From Calditrichia bacterium (GTDB lineage: Bacteria; Calditrichota; Calditrichia; JAJRVZ01), in NCBI GenBank assembly GCA_963796965.1, contig CAWCNS010000009.1, forward strand, positions 585,470-649,469: 64,000 nt of DNA. The letters run 5' to 3'. Made by a program: the position numbers and the translations under genes. The notes under the pieces were generated by a model. That model did no database searches. It saw nothing but the letters and a program-made list of their open reading frames with translations, and was not told the DNA's origin. Positions 9,852 through 20,478 of this stretch are shown piece after piece; within the stretch, counting starts at the first letter, position 1; each line of letters begins with the position of its first letter.

Positions 9852-11102
9852 TTATTCATATCTCAAAGCTTCAACCGGCTCTACACTCGCAGCTTTGCGC
9901 GCCGGGAAGAAACCGGCAAATAGACCAATAAGCGAAAGGAGTGTAATAGATACTGCGATCACAGAATGTGATAAGAGAGGACGACCTAGAAAAGACATAG
10001 CCCCCTCCTGCGCCGGCATCATCCATACTAATTTGATCAAACCAACAGATGCTAACATTCCTAAAGAGCCACCAATAAAAGCGATGAGCAATGATTCAAA
10101 AATAAACTGAAAAATGATATGACTTCGCTTTGCCCCAACGGCCCGCTTAATACCAATTTCACGGGTGCGTTCTTTAGCAACCACATACATAATATTTGCC
10201 ACACCAACACCGGCAATTATCAAAGACATGGATCCTATCACCGCCAGAAAAATATTTATTCCTCTGAATATTTTTGCGCCTTCCTGTTCATTCTCAATAA
10301 AATTCCACATGGGCACTGCTCTTTCATCGGTGGGATCGAAATGATACTTCTTACCAAGAACCCTTCTGATTTCCTGCTCAACAAAAAGCCCGTTTTCAAC
10401 ACGGCTTGGTTTAACAATTAATTCATCAAGATAGGGATCTCCATAAATACTTTGAAAGGTTGTAAAAGGGATAAGTGCTCTTTCATCATCTGGACCATTG
10501 TTCATTGATGTCTGTAGCTTTTTGGGCATAGTACCGACTACAGTAAAAGGTATGCCATCAATTTCAACTGTCTCACCATAGGGATCGGGTCGACCGAAAA
10601 GCTCCCTGGCAATTTCACCCCCCAGAAAAACAACACGTTTTCTTTCTCGTAAATCCATACCATTCAAAAACCGTCCGCCAGCACCATGAAAGGTTCGACG
10701 TAAAAATTCAAATTCTGGATATACACCTTCCATATAGGTTGATGAAATTATATCGCCAACTTTTAGACGCGCTCTTCTGCCTAAACCAGGTACGGCAACA
10801 GCAACCTGTGGAATATTTTTTTCAATGACTTCACAGTCTTCGATGCGTAGCCAAATCCGACGGCCTACAGGTAATCCTTCCCATTTTTTTGTTGTCTGCC
10901 CACCATAGACACGAATTATTCTGTCACCAGCGTTGAGTAGACCTTCCCGCATTTGATGGGATAATCCTTCACCAAACGCCATTAAAAGGGTTACCGCAAG
11001 AATCCCCCAGGATATTGCAATAGTTGTTAAAATAGCTCGGGTCTTTTGTGACTTTATATCCTCAATAAACTCTCTTAATAATATCAACATATTCATAGAC
11101 AT
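9852..11102 (-). CDS. ABC transporter permease, FtsX/MacB-type (periplasmic domain + 4-TM FtsX domain)
   Basis: 416 aa with an N-terminal TM, a large periplasmic domain and the C-terminal FtsX signature NIMYVVAKERTREIGIKRAVGAKRSHII. Confidence 0.85.
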   Translation of the reverse strand: MSMNMLILLREFIEDIKSQKTRAILTTIAISWGILAVTLLMAFGEGLSHQMREGLLNAGDRIIRVYGGQTTKKWEGLPVGRRIWLRIEDCEVIEKNIPQVAVAVPGLGRRARLKVGDIISSTYMEGVYPEFEFLRRTFHGAGGRFLNGMDLRERKRVVFLGGEIARELFGRPDPYGETVEIDGIPFTVVGTMPKKLQTSMNNGPDDERALIPFTTFQSIYGDPYLDELIVKPSRVENGLFVEQEIRRVLGKKYHFDPTDERAVPMWNFIENEQEGAKIFRGINIFLAVIGSMSLIIAGVGVANIMYVVAKERTREIGIKRAVGAKRSHIIFQFIFESLLIAFIGGSLGMLASVGLIKLVWMMPAQEGAMSFLGRPLLSHSVIAVSITLLSLIGLFAGFFPARKAASVEPVEALRYE

Positions 11103-11123
11103 TCATCCTGAAATGGAAATCGG

Positions 11124-12371
11124 TTAATATCGCAGGCAATCAATTACGATTAACTTTGCAGCCCGGCGGGCTGGGAAAAAGCCAGCCAGAAAGCCAATCG
11201 AACTTAAAATAATAACAGTCACAATAGCAACGAGTGGATTTAAAACTGGTGTTCCTACGGCTTCTTTAAAATCACCCATCGGTATGGTATTAAGAAGGGT
11301 AATAATCCCTACAGCCAACACAAATCCTATAAATGCCCCAATTCCAATAACGACGAATGCCTCAAGTAAAAACTGTCCGAATATATTTCTGCTCCGGGCA
11401 CCTACAGAGCGCCGGATACCAATTTCACGCGTCCGCTCCTGAACAACCACATACATAATATTTGCCAACCCGATTCCACCAACAATGAGGGTAATGACAC
11501 CAATCAAACCCATAAAAACATTAAAACCCAAAGAAAAACTGGCGACAAAATCATCCATCGTCGTTGTATCCCAAATCCCTAATGTTTCTTTATCATTTGG
11601 ATCAAATTTAAATTTCTTACCCATGACAGTATATACCTGCTTCTTCACAGATGCAGATATTCCCGGTGAAGCAACCTGATAAATAAAATTACTCACATAT
11701 CGACGACCAAAAAGGGATTTATGAGTTGTCATAGGTATAAAAGCACGATCTCTGTCACGTTGGCTATAAGATGAATTTTGTGTTTTTTCCTTCATCACTC
11801 CAACAACCAAAAAGGGTGTCTCATCAATATATACATACTCACCAATAACAGAGGCGTTTTCACCAAAAAGAAAATCCCGCAATCTGTTACCCAAAAACAC
11901 AACCCTTCTTTTATATTCGTTATCCAAATCGTTAATCCAGCGTCCACCCGGTTCCGGCCAGATATTTCTCATGTACCCATATTCTGTAATTATACCGGTT
12001 ACATTAGGCCGATTAATTTTATCTTTTACCCGGACAGTAGAACCCCACTTACTAAACTCCGGACTAATTCTCAAGATATCTTTAACCTCATTGCGAATGA
12101 GCTCAATATCATCTTCAGTGAGTCGAATACGTCGGTCCCGACCATATCCTTCAAAAGGTATGCTCGTACGCCCCGGCCATACAATACCAATCCGTTCACC
12201 GATACCATGCATATTCTTGCTCATCTGCTTCTCAACGCCAACCCCAAAAGCGAGGAGTAAGATTACAGTTAAAGTACCCCAGATGAGACCAAACATGGTC
12301 ATCGCAGTCCTGGCTTTATACTGTCCCAGGTAATGAAGTATTTCCCGCAGACTATCGAAAAGATTTAACAT
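11124..12371 (-). CDS. ABC transporter permease, FtsX/MacB-type (paralogue)
   Basis: 415 aa with the same architecture as the upstream permease (NIMYVVVQERTREIGIRRSVGARSRNIFGQF). Confidence 0.85.
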   Translation of the reverse strand: MLNLFDSLREILHYLGQYKARTAMTMFGLIWGTLTVILLLAFGVGVEKQMSKNMHGIGERIGIVWPGRTSIPFEGYGRDRRIRLTEDDIELIRNEVKDILRISPEFSKWGSTVRVKDKINRPNVTGIITEYGYMRNIWPEPGGRWINDLDNEYKRRVVFLGNRLRDFLFGENASVIGEYVYIDETPFLVVGVMKEKTQNSSYSQRDRDRAFIPMTTHKSLFGRRYVSNFIYQVASPGISASVKKQVYTVMGKKFKFDPNDKETLGIWDTTTMDDFVASFSLGFNVFMGLIGVITLIVGGIGLANIMYVVVQERTREIGIRRSVGARSRNIFGQFLLEAFVVIGIGAFIGFVLAVGIITLLNTIPMGDFKEAVGTPVLNPLVAIVTVIILSSIGFLAGFFPARRAAKLIVIDCLRY

Positions 12372-12718
12372 TTTTTCCTAATTTATCCTCTTAATAAATT
12401 TTATCTAACTTCTTTCCTCACGCAACGACGCAAAGAAAAAATATTGTCCACGAATTCCACTAATTTCACAAACTAATTTGATTGTCATTCAGTATGAATC
12501 TTCCAGCGTGACAGATAAATATCTTCGATCAGGAAGATACCTATCCCGAGACGCGATCCCGTTCCGGGACGGGATGACGATTATTAACTTATCGTTTACC
12601 ATTCTCCATTCATAATTCATAACGACCCGGTAACTGGTCGGGCGGACACATGGGTCCCCCCCTACATCTCTTCGCTCTTCGCTTCTCGTTCCACGCTTTA
12701 CATTTTTTTTCTTAAAGA

Positions 12719-13852
12719 TTAAGTTATCTCCTTAACCTCTTTCTCCAATACTTCCTGACCTTCCTCCAATCCTTCTAAAACTTCAATCTGTATTGCATCG
12801 CTGAGACCTGTCTTTATGTAAATTTCCTCTGTTTTTTCAGGTCCGCTTGCTATTTCGACAAAGGCAGAGTCGTTTCGAAAGGTTACCACCCTCTCCGGAA
12901 TAGATATAACACTATCTCTTTTGGCAATAATAATGTGTGCATTGGAAGAAAATCCTGCCCGTAATACGACATCATTCGTGGGATTTATTTTTATTTCCAC
13001 TGGAAAAACAGTTGTATTATCTTCTTTTTTCGCTTTTAGAGATATGAGTTTTAAATATCCCGTAATATTTTTGCCAGGTAAAGCCCCAACCTGCAAATCA
13101 CAGTTCATCCCCTCTTTGATTTTGCCCACATCTATTTCATCTACAGTGCCCTTAAAAATCAAATCATTCATATCTGCCATACGCATGATTGCCGTTCCTG
13201 GCTGATATGAGGTGAGCGGTACTACCGGATCACCAAGATTGACATTTTTTTCTAATATAAATCCTGTCAACGGGGATTTGACAACTGTTTCTATATCTGT
13301 ATTAGCGATTTTCACTTTACCACTTTCTATTAACTGTAATTTTTCTTTTGATATCTGATGACGTAGCTTAGCTTCATCATACTGCCTATCAATAACCTCA
13401 TAGTCATGGTCAGAAATGAGGCCCTTTTCCTTCATTTGTTTATATCTTTCTAATTCTTTAACTAATGTTTGCAATTCAATGTCAACCATTTCCACATCAC
13501 GTTTGGCTTGAGCCAATTCAAGAGGGGTGGGATCAGGTTTAACATCCAGGAGCGGATCACCCACTTTGACAAAATCACCAACATTAGCATATAGTTTTCT
13601 GACAACGCCGGAAATTTTGGATTTAACATCAATTTCTGTCACTGGCTCTATTGAGCCTACAGCTAAAGCCTTGTCGATGATATCTTTTCGGCTAGCCTTT
13701 ACGGAACTTCGCCCATTTTCATCACCATTTGAATTTGAGGATATGGCCACTGTTACAATAATGATTATAATAAGGATCACAATAGACCAAATGATCCATT
13801 TTTTTGATTTTTTCATCATTGAAGCCCTTCTTCCGGAGGTTAACCGATGCAT
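12719..13852 (-). CDS. efflux transporter periplasmic adaptor subunit (HlyD/MacA membrane-fusion protein family)
   Basis: N-terminal TM, coiled-coil hairpin (LQTLVKELERYKQMKEKGLISDHDYEVIDRQYDEAKLR), lipoyl and beta-barrel domains. Operonic with the two FtsX permeases. Confidence 0.85.
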   Translation of the reverse strand: MHRLTSGRRASMMKKSKKWIIWSIVILIIIIIVTVAISSNSNGDENGRSSVKASRKDIIDKALAVGSIEPVTEIDVKSKISGVVRKLYANVGDFVKVGDPLLDVKPDPTPLELAQAKRDVEMVDIELQTLVKELERYKQMKEKGLISDHDYEVIDRQYDEAKLRHQISKEKLQLIESGKVKIANTDIETVVKSPLTGFILEKNVNLGDPVVPLTSYQPGTAIMRMADMNDLIFKGTVDEIDVGKIKEGMNCDLQVGALPGKNITGYLKLISLKAKKEDNTTVFPVEIKINPTNDVVLRAGFSSNAHIIIAKRDSVISIPERVVTFRNDSAFVEIASGPEKTEEIYIKTGLSDAIQIEVLEGLEEGQEVLEKEVKEIT

Positions 13853-14348
13853 GATGGCATGTGATAGATTTTACAAACTAAAGTAAAAGTGTATACGCTA
13901 ACAACTGTAGATTTGTTACGTGTGGATAATATATATCTAAAGATTCTTTTTTTGTCATGAAGGCCTGGATTGGCATCGATATTAATTTTAACTTTTTTTA
14001 AAATATTCTTGAATTCAGGGATTATTAAAGTATATTTTTCCTATTATTAGACACCATCCTATAAAAAAAGACAGCATTATAATTATTTTTAAATCTAACC
14101 ATCCAACATTAGTAAAAATATAAGGATATCCGGTCGTACCATGTCCCCATAAATAATAGTATAACTTAATATTTTAAGAGAGACAACAACAATACCCCAA
14201 TAATTTGATTGTTCGGTAGAGACAATACAAAGATCTGCTTACGGAAATCAAGGCACATGGAACAATTTAGTTACCGATGTTAGTTTATATTTCATCCCTG
14301 CCGCAATATACGCATACATATTAAAATTCGGAGGTATTTATGATACAG

Positions 14349-15396
14349 AGATTAATGAAACATATGCTTTTTATCGGATCTCTTATTTTTATGGCCACAT
14401 TCGCACACGCACAAACTAAAACCAGTATAGTCTGTTTTGCCATTAAGCAGCAATGGCATTTCACCATCAGAGGCACTTGTCCTCACCGATGAGCTACTAT
14501 CTGTTCTTGTACAATCAGATGTATATACAGTTGTCGAACGTAGTAACATGGAGTCAATACTGGAAGAACAGGGATTTCAGATGAGCGGTTGTACCTCCAG
14601 TGAATGTGCTGTGGAGGCTGGAAAACTTTTAGGTGTCCAAAAAATGGTGACAGGAAGTATAGGAAAACTTGGTGAGATCTACAATATCAATCTAAGATTA
14701 TTTGATGTTACCACCGGAAAAATAGAACAAAATATAAGTCAAAAACATGAGGGTTCGGTAGAAGAATTGCTAGACATTATTGGTCTTTTGGGTAAAAAAC
14801 TTTCTAACTACGATCCTGATTCCGGTAACAGTACTAAACTAACCTCAGAATCCCAACCATCTTCTATCGCTCCTGTCAACCGAATCGGATTTTGGGTAGG
14901 AGCAAATTTTCCCAAAACATCCACGATTTCAAATGTCAGTGGTGGATTTACCGCCGGACTATTTTATAAGGCCAATTTGAGTTCGAATTTATATTTACAG
15001 CCGGAAATTTCTTATGCCGGAAGTGAAATCGAAATCTATGAACCTACAGACCTTTTAATACTGGAATATCTACAGATAACTGCCTTATTTGCTTATGAGG
15101 TAACATCTGCTGGTCAAAATAGTCTTTTTCTCAATATCACTGCCGGTCCCGCTTTAAATCTGATTCTGACTGCGAATAATGATTACGAGGGATATGTTGC
15201 AGATGTGAAATCAGAGGTCAATAGCAGCGGAATGTTAGCTATTGTCGGTGCTGGCTTTGGATTTAAAGCGGGCAATATAATAATTTCTCTCGAAGGACGC
15301 TATGAAATCAGTATTGATACAATATTAAAAAATGATCAGGAATGGGAAATAGGAAAATTGCAAGCTTTTTATGTATTATTGGGCATTGCTTTTTGA
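14349..15396 (+). CDS. outer-membrane protein: signal peptide + TolB-N/LpoB/CsgG-like domain + C-terminal beta-barrel; disrupted by a 1-nt frameshift near 14425-14432
   Basis: Frame 3 encodes the signal peptide MIQRLMKHMLFIGSLIFMATFAHAQTKTSIV, then hits a stop. Frame 1 continues ...LPLSSNGISPSEALVLTDELLSVL...ILEEQGFQMSGCTSSECAVEAGKLLGVQKMVTGSI (TolB-N-like). A beta-barrel follows, ending in the aromatic GIAF-COOH. Removing one T from the T4 run restores a single ORF. Confidence 0.6.
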
Positions 15397-15677
15397 TCTA
15401 TAACAATTTGAGAGCAGAAATAAAGATCCAAATAGCGTAAATTTATAGACACGTCTCATATAGCAACCTGGATTGTAGATTTAGAGACGCAATTAATCAC
15501 GTCTTTGCATTAAAAAGATAACATTAATGGCAAATCAATTTTATTTAAGGCCGATATTTATAAGTTAAAAGCTTCCGAGCATTCCCACCCAGGATTTTTA
15601 TATGATTCCTTTTACTTGACAAAATTTTCCATTTAAGCCGGTAGTTATTCATATTATATTTTCTTATTTTACAATTA

Positions 15678-16751
15678 ATGAAATTATACTTTTATATAGC
15701 AATAGTAATAATTTTTCTTTTAGGTTGTTCCCCAAAAGGACCAACAAAAATTCAAATTCATGAGAGAAAGTCTGAGAGTATTCAAAGCATATCCATGGGT
15801 GGAAATAATCTGGATTTTTTTATTAATAATGAACCTAAACCCTATCGCTGTTCATTGAATACGGGCATAATGATCACAGGATCAGACACTTATTACACAT
15901 TAAACTTTTCATCCAGGAATCAAAAACTACCTTTCGAATTAAGCAACAACGATTCATTAAAACTAAAATTGGATAATAGTACCGTTAGCCTACCGACTCT
16001 GGATGTTAGTCGAACCGGAGATAATTTTTCCGCCTATTATCGCATCGCCTATTGGGATTTGCTAGATATGGGTAATGTGGATGGACTTGAGGTGGTGTTT
16101 ATACATGGTGATACACTATTCCATGCCAATTTTTCAGATGACAACATTTATAACTATCGATATTTTAATGCCAAATATATTTTAAAAAATGATGATATAC
16201 CAAAACCCTCACCACTCCCCTATCAACAACCATGGGGATTTTTTAGTGGTGGAGGTGGAACCACTTATGATTTCTGGCTAAGTTATTATACTAATTTTAT
16301 TTCCACACAATCAGGAATTGGGGATTTTGCCGCAGCAGGTTTTGGACTTTCCCCTTTTAGTTATAGTGAATGGATAAGAATACCCAAGGCCTCCCCTTCT
16401 TCAGAAAACTTAACTTATCAAATCACTCCAACAGACTCTTGGCATGAGCTTAATGAAGGACGTAGCACCAGCTATAATTTCCATATTATGTATGGTTTAA
16501 CGCAACACAAACCTCTTAGACATTGGTCTATAGAAATTGGACTAAGTTTTTTCTACTATTGGTCTGAAGCACGATGGATAGATGGGCAGGATAGATATCT
16601 GGGTTCTGATATTCTAACCATCGTTGAGAGTGGGACGACCTTTAAGGGGCCTGCCATAGGTGGATTCATTCAATTTGGTGGGTTATGGTTTCAATACAAC
16701 AGTAAACCCAGTTGGACTGCGGGCATTGCGATTCCGGTACCTTGGTGGTAA
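15678..16751 (+). CDS. uncharacterised lipoprotein
   Basis: Lipobox IIFLLGCS. 357 aa, beta-rich, Trp-rich C-terminus. No recognisable catalytic motif. Confidence 0.6.
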   Translation: MKLYFYIAIVIIFLLGCSPKGPTKIQIHERKSESIQSISMGGNNLDFFINNEPKPYRCSLNTGIMITGSDTYYTLNFSSRNQKLPFELSNNDSLKLKLDNSTVSLPTLDVSRTGDNFSAYYRIAYWDLLDMGNVDGLEVVFIHGDTLFHANFSDDNIYNYRYFNAKYILKNDDIPKPSPLPYQQPWGFFSGGGGTTYDFWLSYYTNFISTQSGIGDFAAAGFGLSPFSYSEWIRIPKASPSSENLTYQITPTDSWHELNEGRSTSYNFHIMYGLTQHKPLRHWSIEIGLSFFYYWSEARWIDGQDRYLGSDILTIVESGTTFKGPAIGGFIQFGGLWFQYNSKPSWTAGIAIPVPWW

Positions 16752-16895
16752 CAAATTTCTAACGCAGCGACGCAAAGTCGCAGCGAAGTGAAGAGTGACT
16801 TATTTTATACATGTTACGTTCTAAACCCGGTATAAAATGATAATCATGTATATCCTATTATCCTGTCATAAGAATAAACAAAGCAGAGGTATAGA

Positions 16896-19800
16896 ATGAA
16901 CAAAATATTATCCATTACGTTAATTATCGTTGTTGGAATCATCAATTTTTCATGCCAAAATAATACGCCTAATTTAATTCAGGACTTAAAATGTGAATAT
17001 GTGGTAAATCCCATTGGAATTGAAAATTCTTCACCGCGGCTCTCCTGGATATACACCTCACCAGAGGGGGGAAGCCGGCAGTCCGCTTATCAGATCCTTG
17101 CTGCTTCCGACCCAAATATCCTCAATAAAGCACAAGGTGATCTTTGGGATACAGGCAAAATTCCCAATGATCAATCCATCCAAATTTCCTATTCCGGTAA
17201 GAAATTAAAATCCCGCCAAATAGTCTATTGGCAGGTACGAATCTGGGATCAGAATGATCAGATCACAGAATGGAGTGACATTGCCTCATGGGAAATGGGA
17301 TTCATAGAGAAAGATGATTGGAAGGCTCAGTGGATTGGCGCACCCGGTGAAACGGACAGTTCAGAGAGCTCTCCCCTGTTTCGTGAAGAATTTGTAATTC
17401 AAAAACAACTCTATAAGGCGAGAGCCTACATCTCCGGTCTGGGATATTATGAATTATTTATAAATGGGAAAAAAGTGGGTGACCATGTTCTGTCCCCAAA
17501 CCAAACCAATTACAGTCATCGAAGAGTAGAAAAATGGACAGAATCAAGAATTGGCCATATGTCTACCAGGGTTCTCTATGAAATTTATGATGTCACCCAG
17601 TTTATTCGTGAGGGTGAAAACGCTATCGGCGTCTGGTTGGGCGGTGGTTGGTTTATTCAAAATGACCGATTATATGAGCCCTGGCTTTTATATGATACAC
17701 CTCGCTTCAGCACTCAGATTGAATTAGAATTCACTGACGGTTCAAGACAAATAATTATAAGTGATGACAGTTGGAAAACACATCCCAGTCCCATTCTACA
17801 TAATGGCTTACACACGGGTGAAATCTATGATGCCCGATTGGAGATACCTGATTGGAATCTACCCGGTGTTAATGAACAGGATTGGAAAAATGCGGTCCAT
17901 GTTCGTTCACCCGATGGCCCCCTGCATGCACAAATTTCACCTCCCGATCGGGTAATTAAAAATATATCCCCAACATCATTTTCTATTCTTGAAGATGGTA
18001 TATACCGCTATGATCTTGGACAAATGATCTCAGGATGGACAAGATTATCCATCAACGGGCCCAAAGGTACTTCAGTTAAAATGAAGTTTATAGAGGAATT
18101 AGGTCCAAGTTACAGCCAAACGGATACTTACATTCTCAAAGGAGAAGGAACGGAAATCTGGGAACCGCGGTTTACCTGGCATGCCTTTCGGTACATTGAT
18201 GTTACCTGTTCTGATATCAAATTAACTATTGATAATCTGGAGGGTCGGGTTGTTAATACAGATGTAAAGCATTCAGGTTCTTTTAAAAGTTCAAATCAAT
18301 TGTTTAATCAAATCTTTGAGAATTATCAATGGACGCAATTGGGAAATATGCATGGGGGAATTCCAAGCGACTGCCCCCACCGGGAAAGGCGTGGCTACAC
18401 AGGTGACGGACAGATTGCTGCGAAGGCAGCCATATATGCTTTTGATATGGCCCAATTCTATACCAAGTGGCTGAATGACATCGCAGATGCCCAAAATCAG
18501 GTAACCGGATATGTACCAAATACAGCACCCTATCAGGATGGTGGTGGTGGTACCGCTTGGGGATCCGCCTATGTGATTATTCCCTGGTATATGTATCTCT
18601 ATTATGGCGACCAGGCAATCCTGGAAACACATTATAAAGGAATGCAAAAATGGTTATTTTACTTAAATGGTCAATTAGATAAAAAAGGCCGCCTCGTTAA
18701 TCAGGGCCTCGGAGAATGGGTTCCGCCTGACATAAATAAACTACCCCCAGATTTTGTCAATACCTGCTACTATTATTACAACTGTATCCTCGTGTCTAAG
18801 ATAGCGGGTATTTTGGAAGAAAAAGCTGATCATACCCTTTATCTCTCCTGGGCAGAGAAGGCAAAGAACGCCATTAACAATAATTATTTCAATGATCACC
18901 AAAACAATTATTCCATTGGAAGACAAGGTGCAAATGTTTTTCCCCTAGGATTCGGAATCACTCAAAATAAATTAGTTCTTGAAAATCTGGTTAATCAGAT
19001 CAATCTGGATTGCCAGGGGCATTTTAATACAGGTATTCTTGGAACCCCCCTGTTATTAGATGTATTAACCACCAATGATCATGCTGGGTTGGCCTATACC
19101 CTCATGAACCAACGTGATTTCCCCGGCTTTGGTTATATGATCGAAAAAGGAGCCACGACAATTTGGGAGACCTGGCAGGGTGACCAATCCCACAGTCATC
19201 CCATGTTTGGCAGTGTCTGCCAGTGGTTTTATCAGATATTGGGTGGAATCAATCCGGATGAGAATCAGCCGGGATTTAAACATATCAATATCAAACCTTT
19301 CCCGATCGATGGCCTGTCTTTTGTTAATACATCTTATCAATCTCCCTATGGACGCATTCAGAGTAATTGGGAGATAGTGGATGATGATTTTTATCTTAAT
19401 TTAACAATCCCCTCCAATACCACAGCAACAGTTCATATACCAGGAAAATCTCCTGCGCAGATTTCGGAAAATCGTAAAACTATTTCAACTAATTCTGATA
19501 TTAGTTTTGGAAAATTGGAAAATGGATATGCCTCCTACAATATCGGTCCCGGAAAATATAGATTTATTTCCAAGGGAATTAGCAGTTTAAGACCCATTCC
19601 AAACTTAAGTGCGCCTCGTATTTTTCCCAATGATACATTGATCCATAAACCTGACTCACTTAAAGTAACAATCCTGTCAGAACATGAAGGAGCAGAAATT
19701 TTTTATTCCATGGATGGAAGCGAACCCACCCAAGAATCCATAAAATATAAACAACCCCTATTTGTAAAAGATAATTCAATAATTCATTCGCGCATTTATA

Positions 19801-20288
19801 AAAAAAATCGACAACCAGGATATATTAAAAAACGTATCATTCACTTTGTAGACCCAAAATTAAATGGTCTGAACTGGCGTTATTATGAGGGTGAATGGAT
19901 GTGGTTGCCAGATTTTGAAAAGTTGGAAGTAAAGCGAAGTGGGAGTGTATTTCAATTTGGTCTGGATAATATTAGATTTGATAATGATGAGTTTGGGTTA
20001 GTTTTTAACGGGTTCATTCATATAGATAAGCCTGGAAAATATCATTTTTTCACATTGTCCAATGACGGCAGTTGTTTATATCTGAAAAATAGGCTTGTGG
20101 TCAATAACGATGGTGGCCATGGACCTGTAGAGAAAACCGGTGCTATCTTCCTGAAGAATGGTACCTATCCCATCCGGGTCACCTATTTTCAGGCTGGTGG
20201 GGGTATGTTCCTAAAGGTAAGCTATGAGGGTCCTGAAATCACAAAACAAGAGATTCCGGCTAATATATTATTTAAAAATGACTTATAG
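16896..20288 (+). CDS. alpha-L-rhamnosidase (GH78) with Fn3-like/chitobiase-C-like module and C-terminal PA14 domain
   Basis: GH78 six-hairpin core DCPHRERRGYTGDGQIAAKAAIYAFDMAQFYTKWLNDIADAQ. C-terminal PA14-like segment (NGLNWRYYEGEW...GKYHFFTLSNDGSCLYL...GGMFLKVSYEGP). Signal peptide present. Confidence 0.9.
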   Translation: MNKILSITLIIVVGIINFSCQNNTPNLIQDLKCEYVVNPIGIENSSPRLSWIYTSPEGGSRQSAYQILAASDPNILNKAQGDLWDTGKIPNDQSIQISYSGKKLKSRQIVYWQVRIWDQNDQITEWSDIASWEMGFIEKDDWKAQWIGAPGETDSSESSPLFREEFVIQKQLYKARAYISGLGYYELFINGKKVGDHVLSPNQTNYSHRRVEKWTESRIGHMSTRVLYEIYDVTQFIREGENAIGVWLGGGWFIQNDRLYEPWLLYDTPRFSTQIELEFTDGSRQIIISDDSWKTHPSPILHNGLHTGEIYDARLEIPDWNLPGVNEQDWKNAVHVRSPDGPLHAQISPPDRVIKNISPTSFSILEDGIYRYDLGQMISGWTRLSINGPKGTSVKMKFIEELGPSYSQTDTYILKGEGTEIWEPRFTWHAFRYIDVTCSDIKLTIDNLEGRVVNTDVKHSGSFKSSNQLFNQIFENYQWTQLGNMHGGIPSDCPHRERRGYTGDGQIAAKAAIYAFDMAQFYTKWLNDIADAQNQVTGYVPNTAPYQDGGGGTAWGSAYVIIPWYMYLYYGDQAILETHYKGMQKWLFYLNGQLDKKGRLVNQGLGEWVPPDINKLPPDFVNTCYYYYNCILVSKIAGILEEKADHTLYLSWAEKAKNAINNNYFNDHQNNYSIGRQGANVFPLGFGITQNKLVLENLVNQINLDCQGHFNTGILGTPLLLDVLTTNDHAGLAYTLMNQRDFPGFGYMIEKGATTIWETWQGDQSHSHPMFGSVCQWFYQILGGINPDENQPGFKHINIKPFPIDGLSFVNTSYQSPYGRIQSNWEIVDDDFYLNLTIPSNTTATVHIPGKSPAQISENRKTISTNSDISFGKLENGYASYNIGPGKYRFISKGISSLRPIPNLSAPRIFPNDTLIHKPDSLKVTILSEHEGAEIFYSMDGSEPTQESIKYKQPLFVKDNSIIHSRIYKKNRQPGYIKKRIIHFVDPKLNGLNWRYYEGEWMWLPDFEKLEVKRSGSVFQFGLDNIRFDNDEFGLVFNGFIHIDKPGKYHFFTLSNDGSCLYLKNRLVVNNDGGHGPVEKTGAIFLKNGTYPIRVTYFQAGGGMFLKVSYEGPEITKQEIPANILFKNDL

Positions 20289-20323
20289 ATAATTGTTAAA
20301 CTTATATCACCGTACTTTTTTAA

Positions 20324-20452
20324 CACGAAGTTTCACGAAGACGCTTCTCCAATAGAGATGTCTTTGGCAAAAATATCACGAAGATTGATTAATTTTATTC
20401 TAAAAAACTTCATGTAATTTCATGAGTCCTTTGCGTTACTTCGTGATCCATC
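20324..20452. promoter_or_regulatory. phased (10-bp) direct repeats of CACGAAG/CTTCGTG-like heptamers upstream of the amino-acid permease gene
   Basis: cacgaagttt cacgaagacg; atcacgaag; cttcatgtaa tttcatgagt ... cttcgtgatc. The repeat units recur with ~10-bp spacing. Confidence 0.45.
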
Positions 20453-20478
20453 TGTTTTTTTACGACCATGAATAATGT

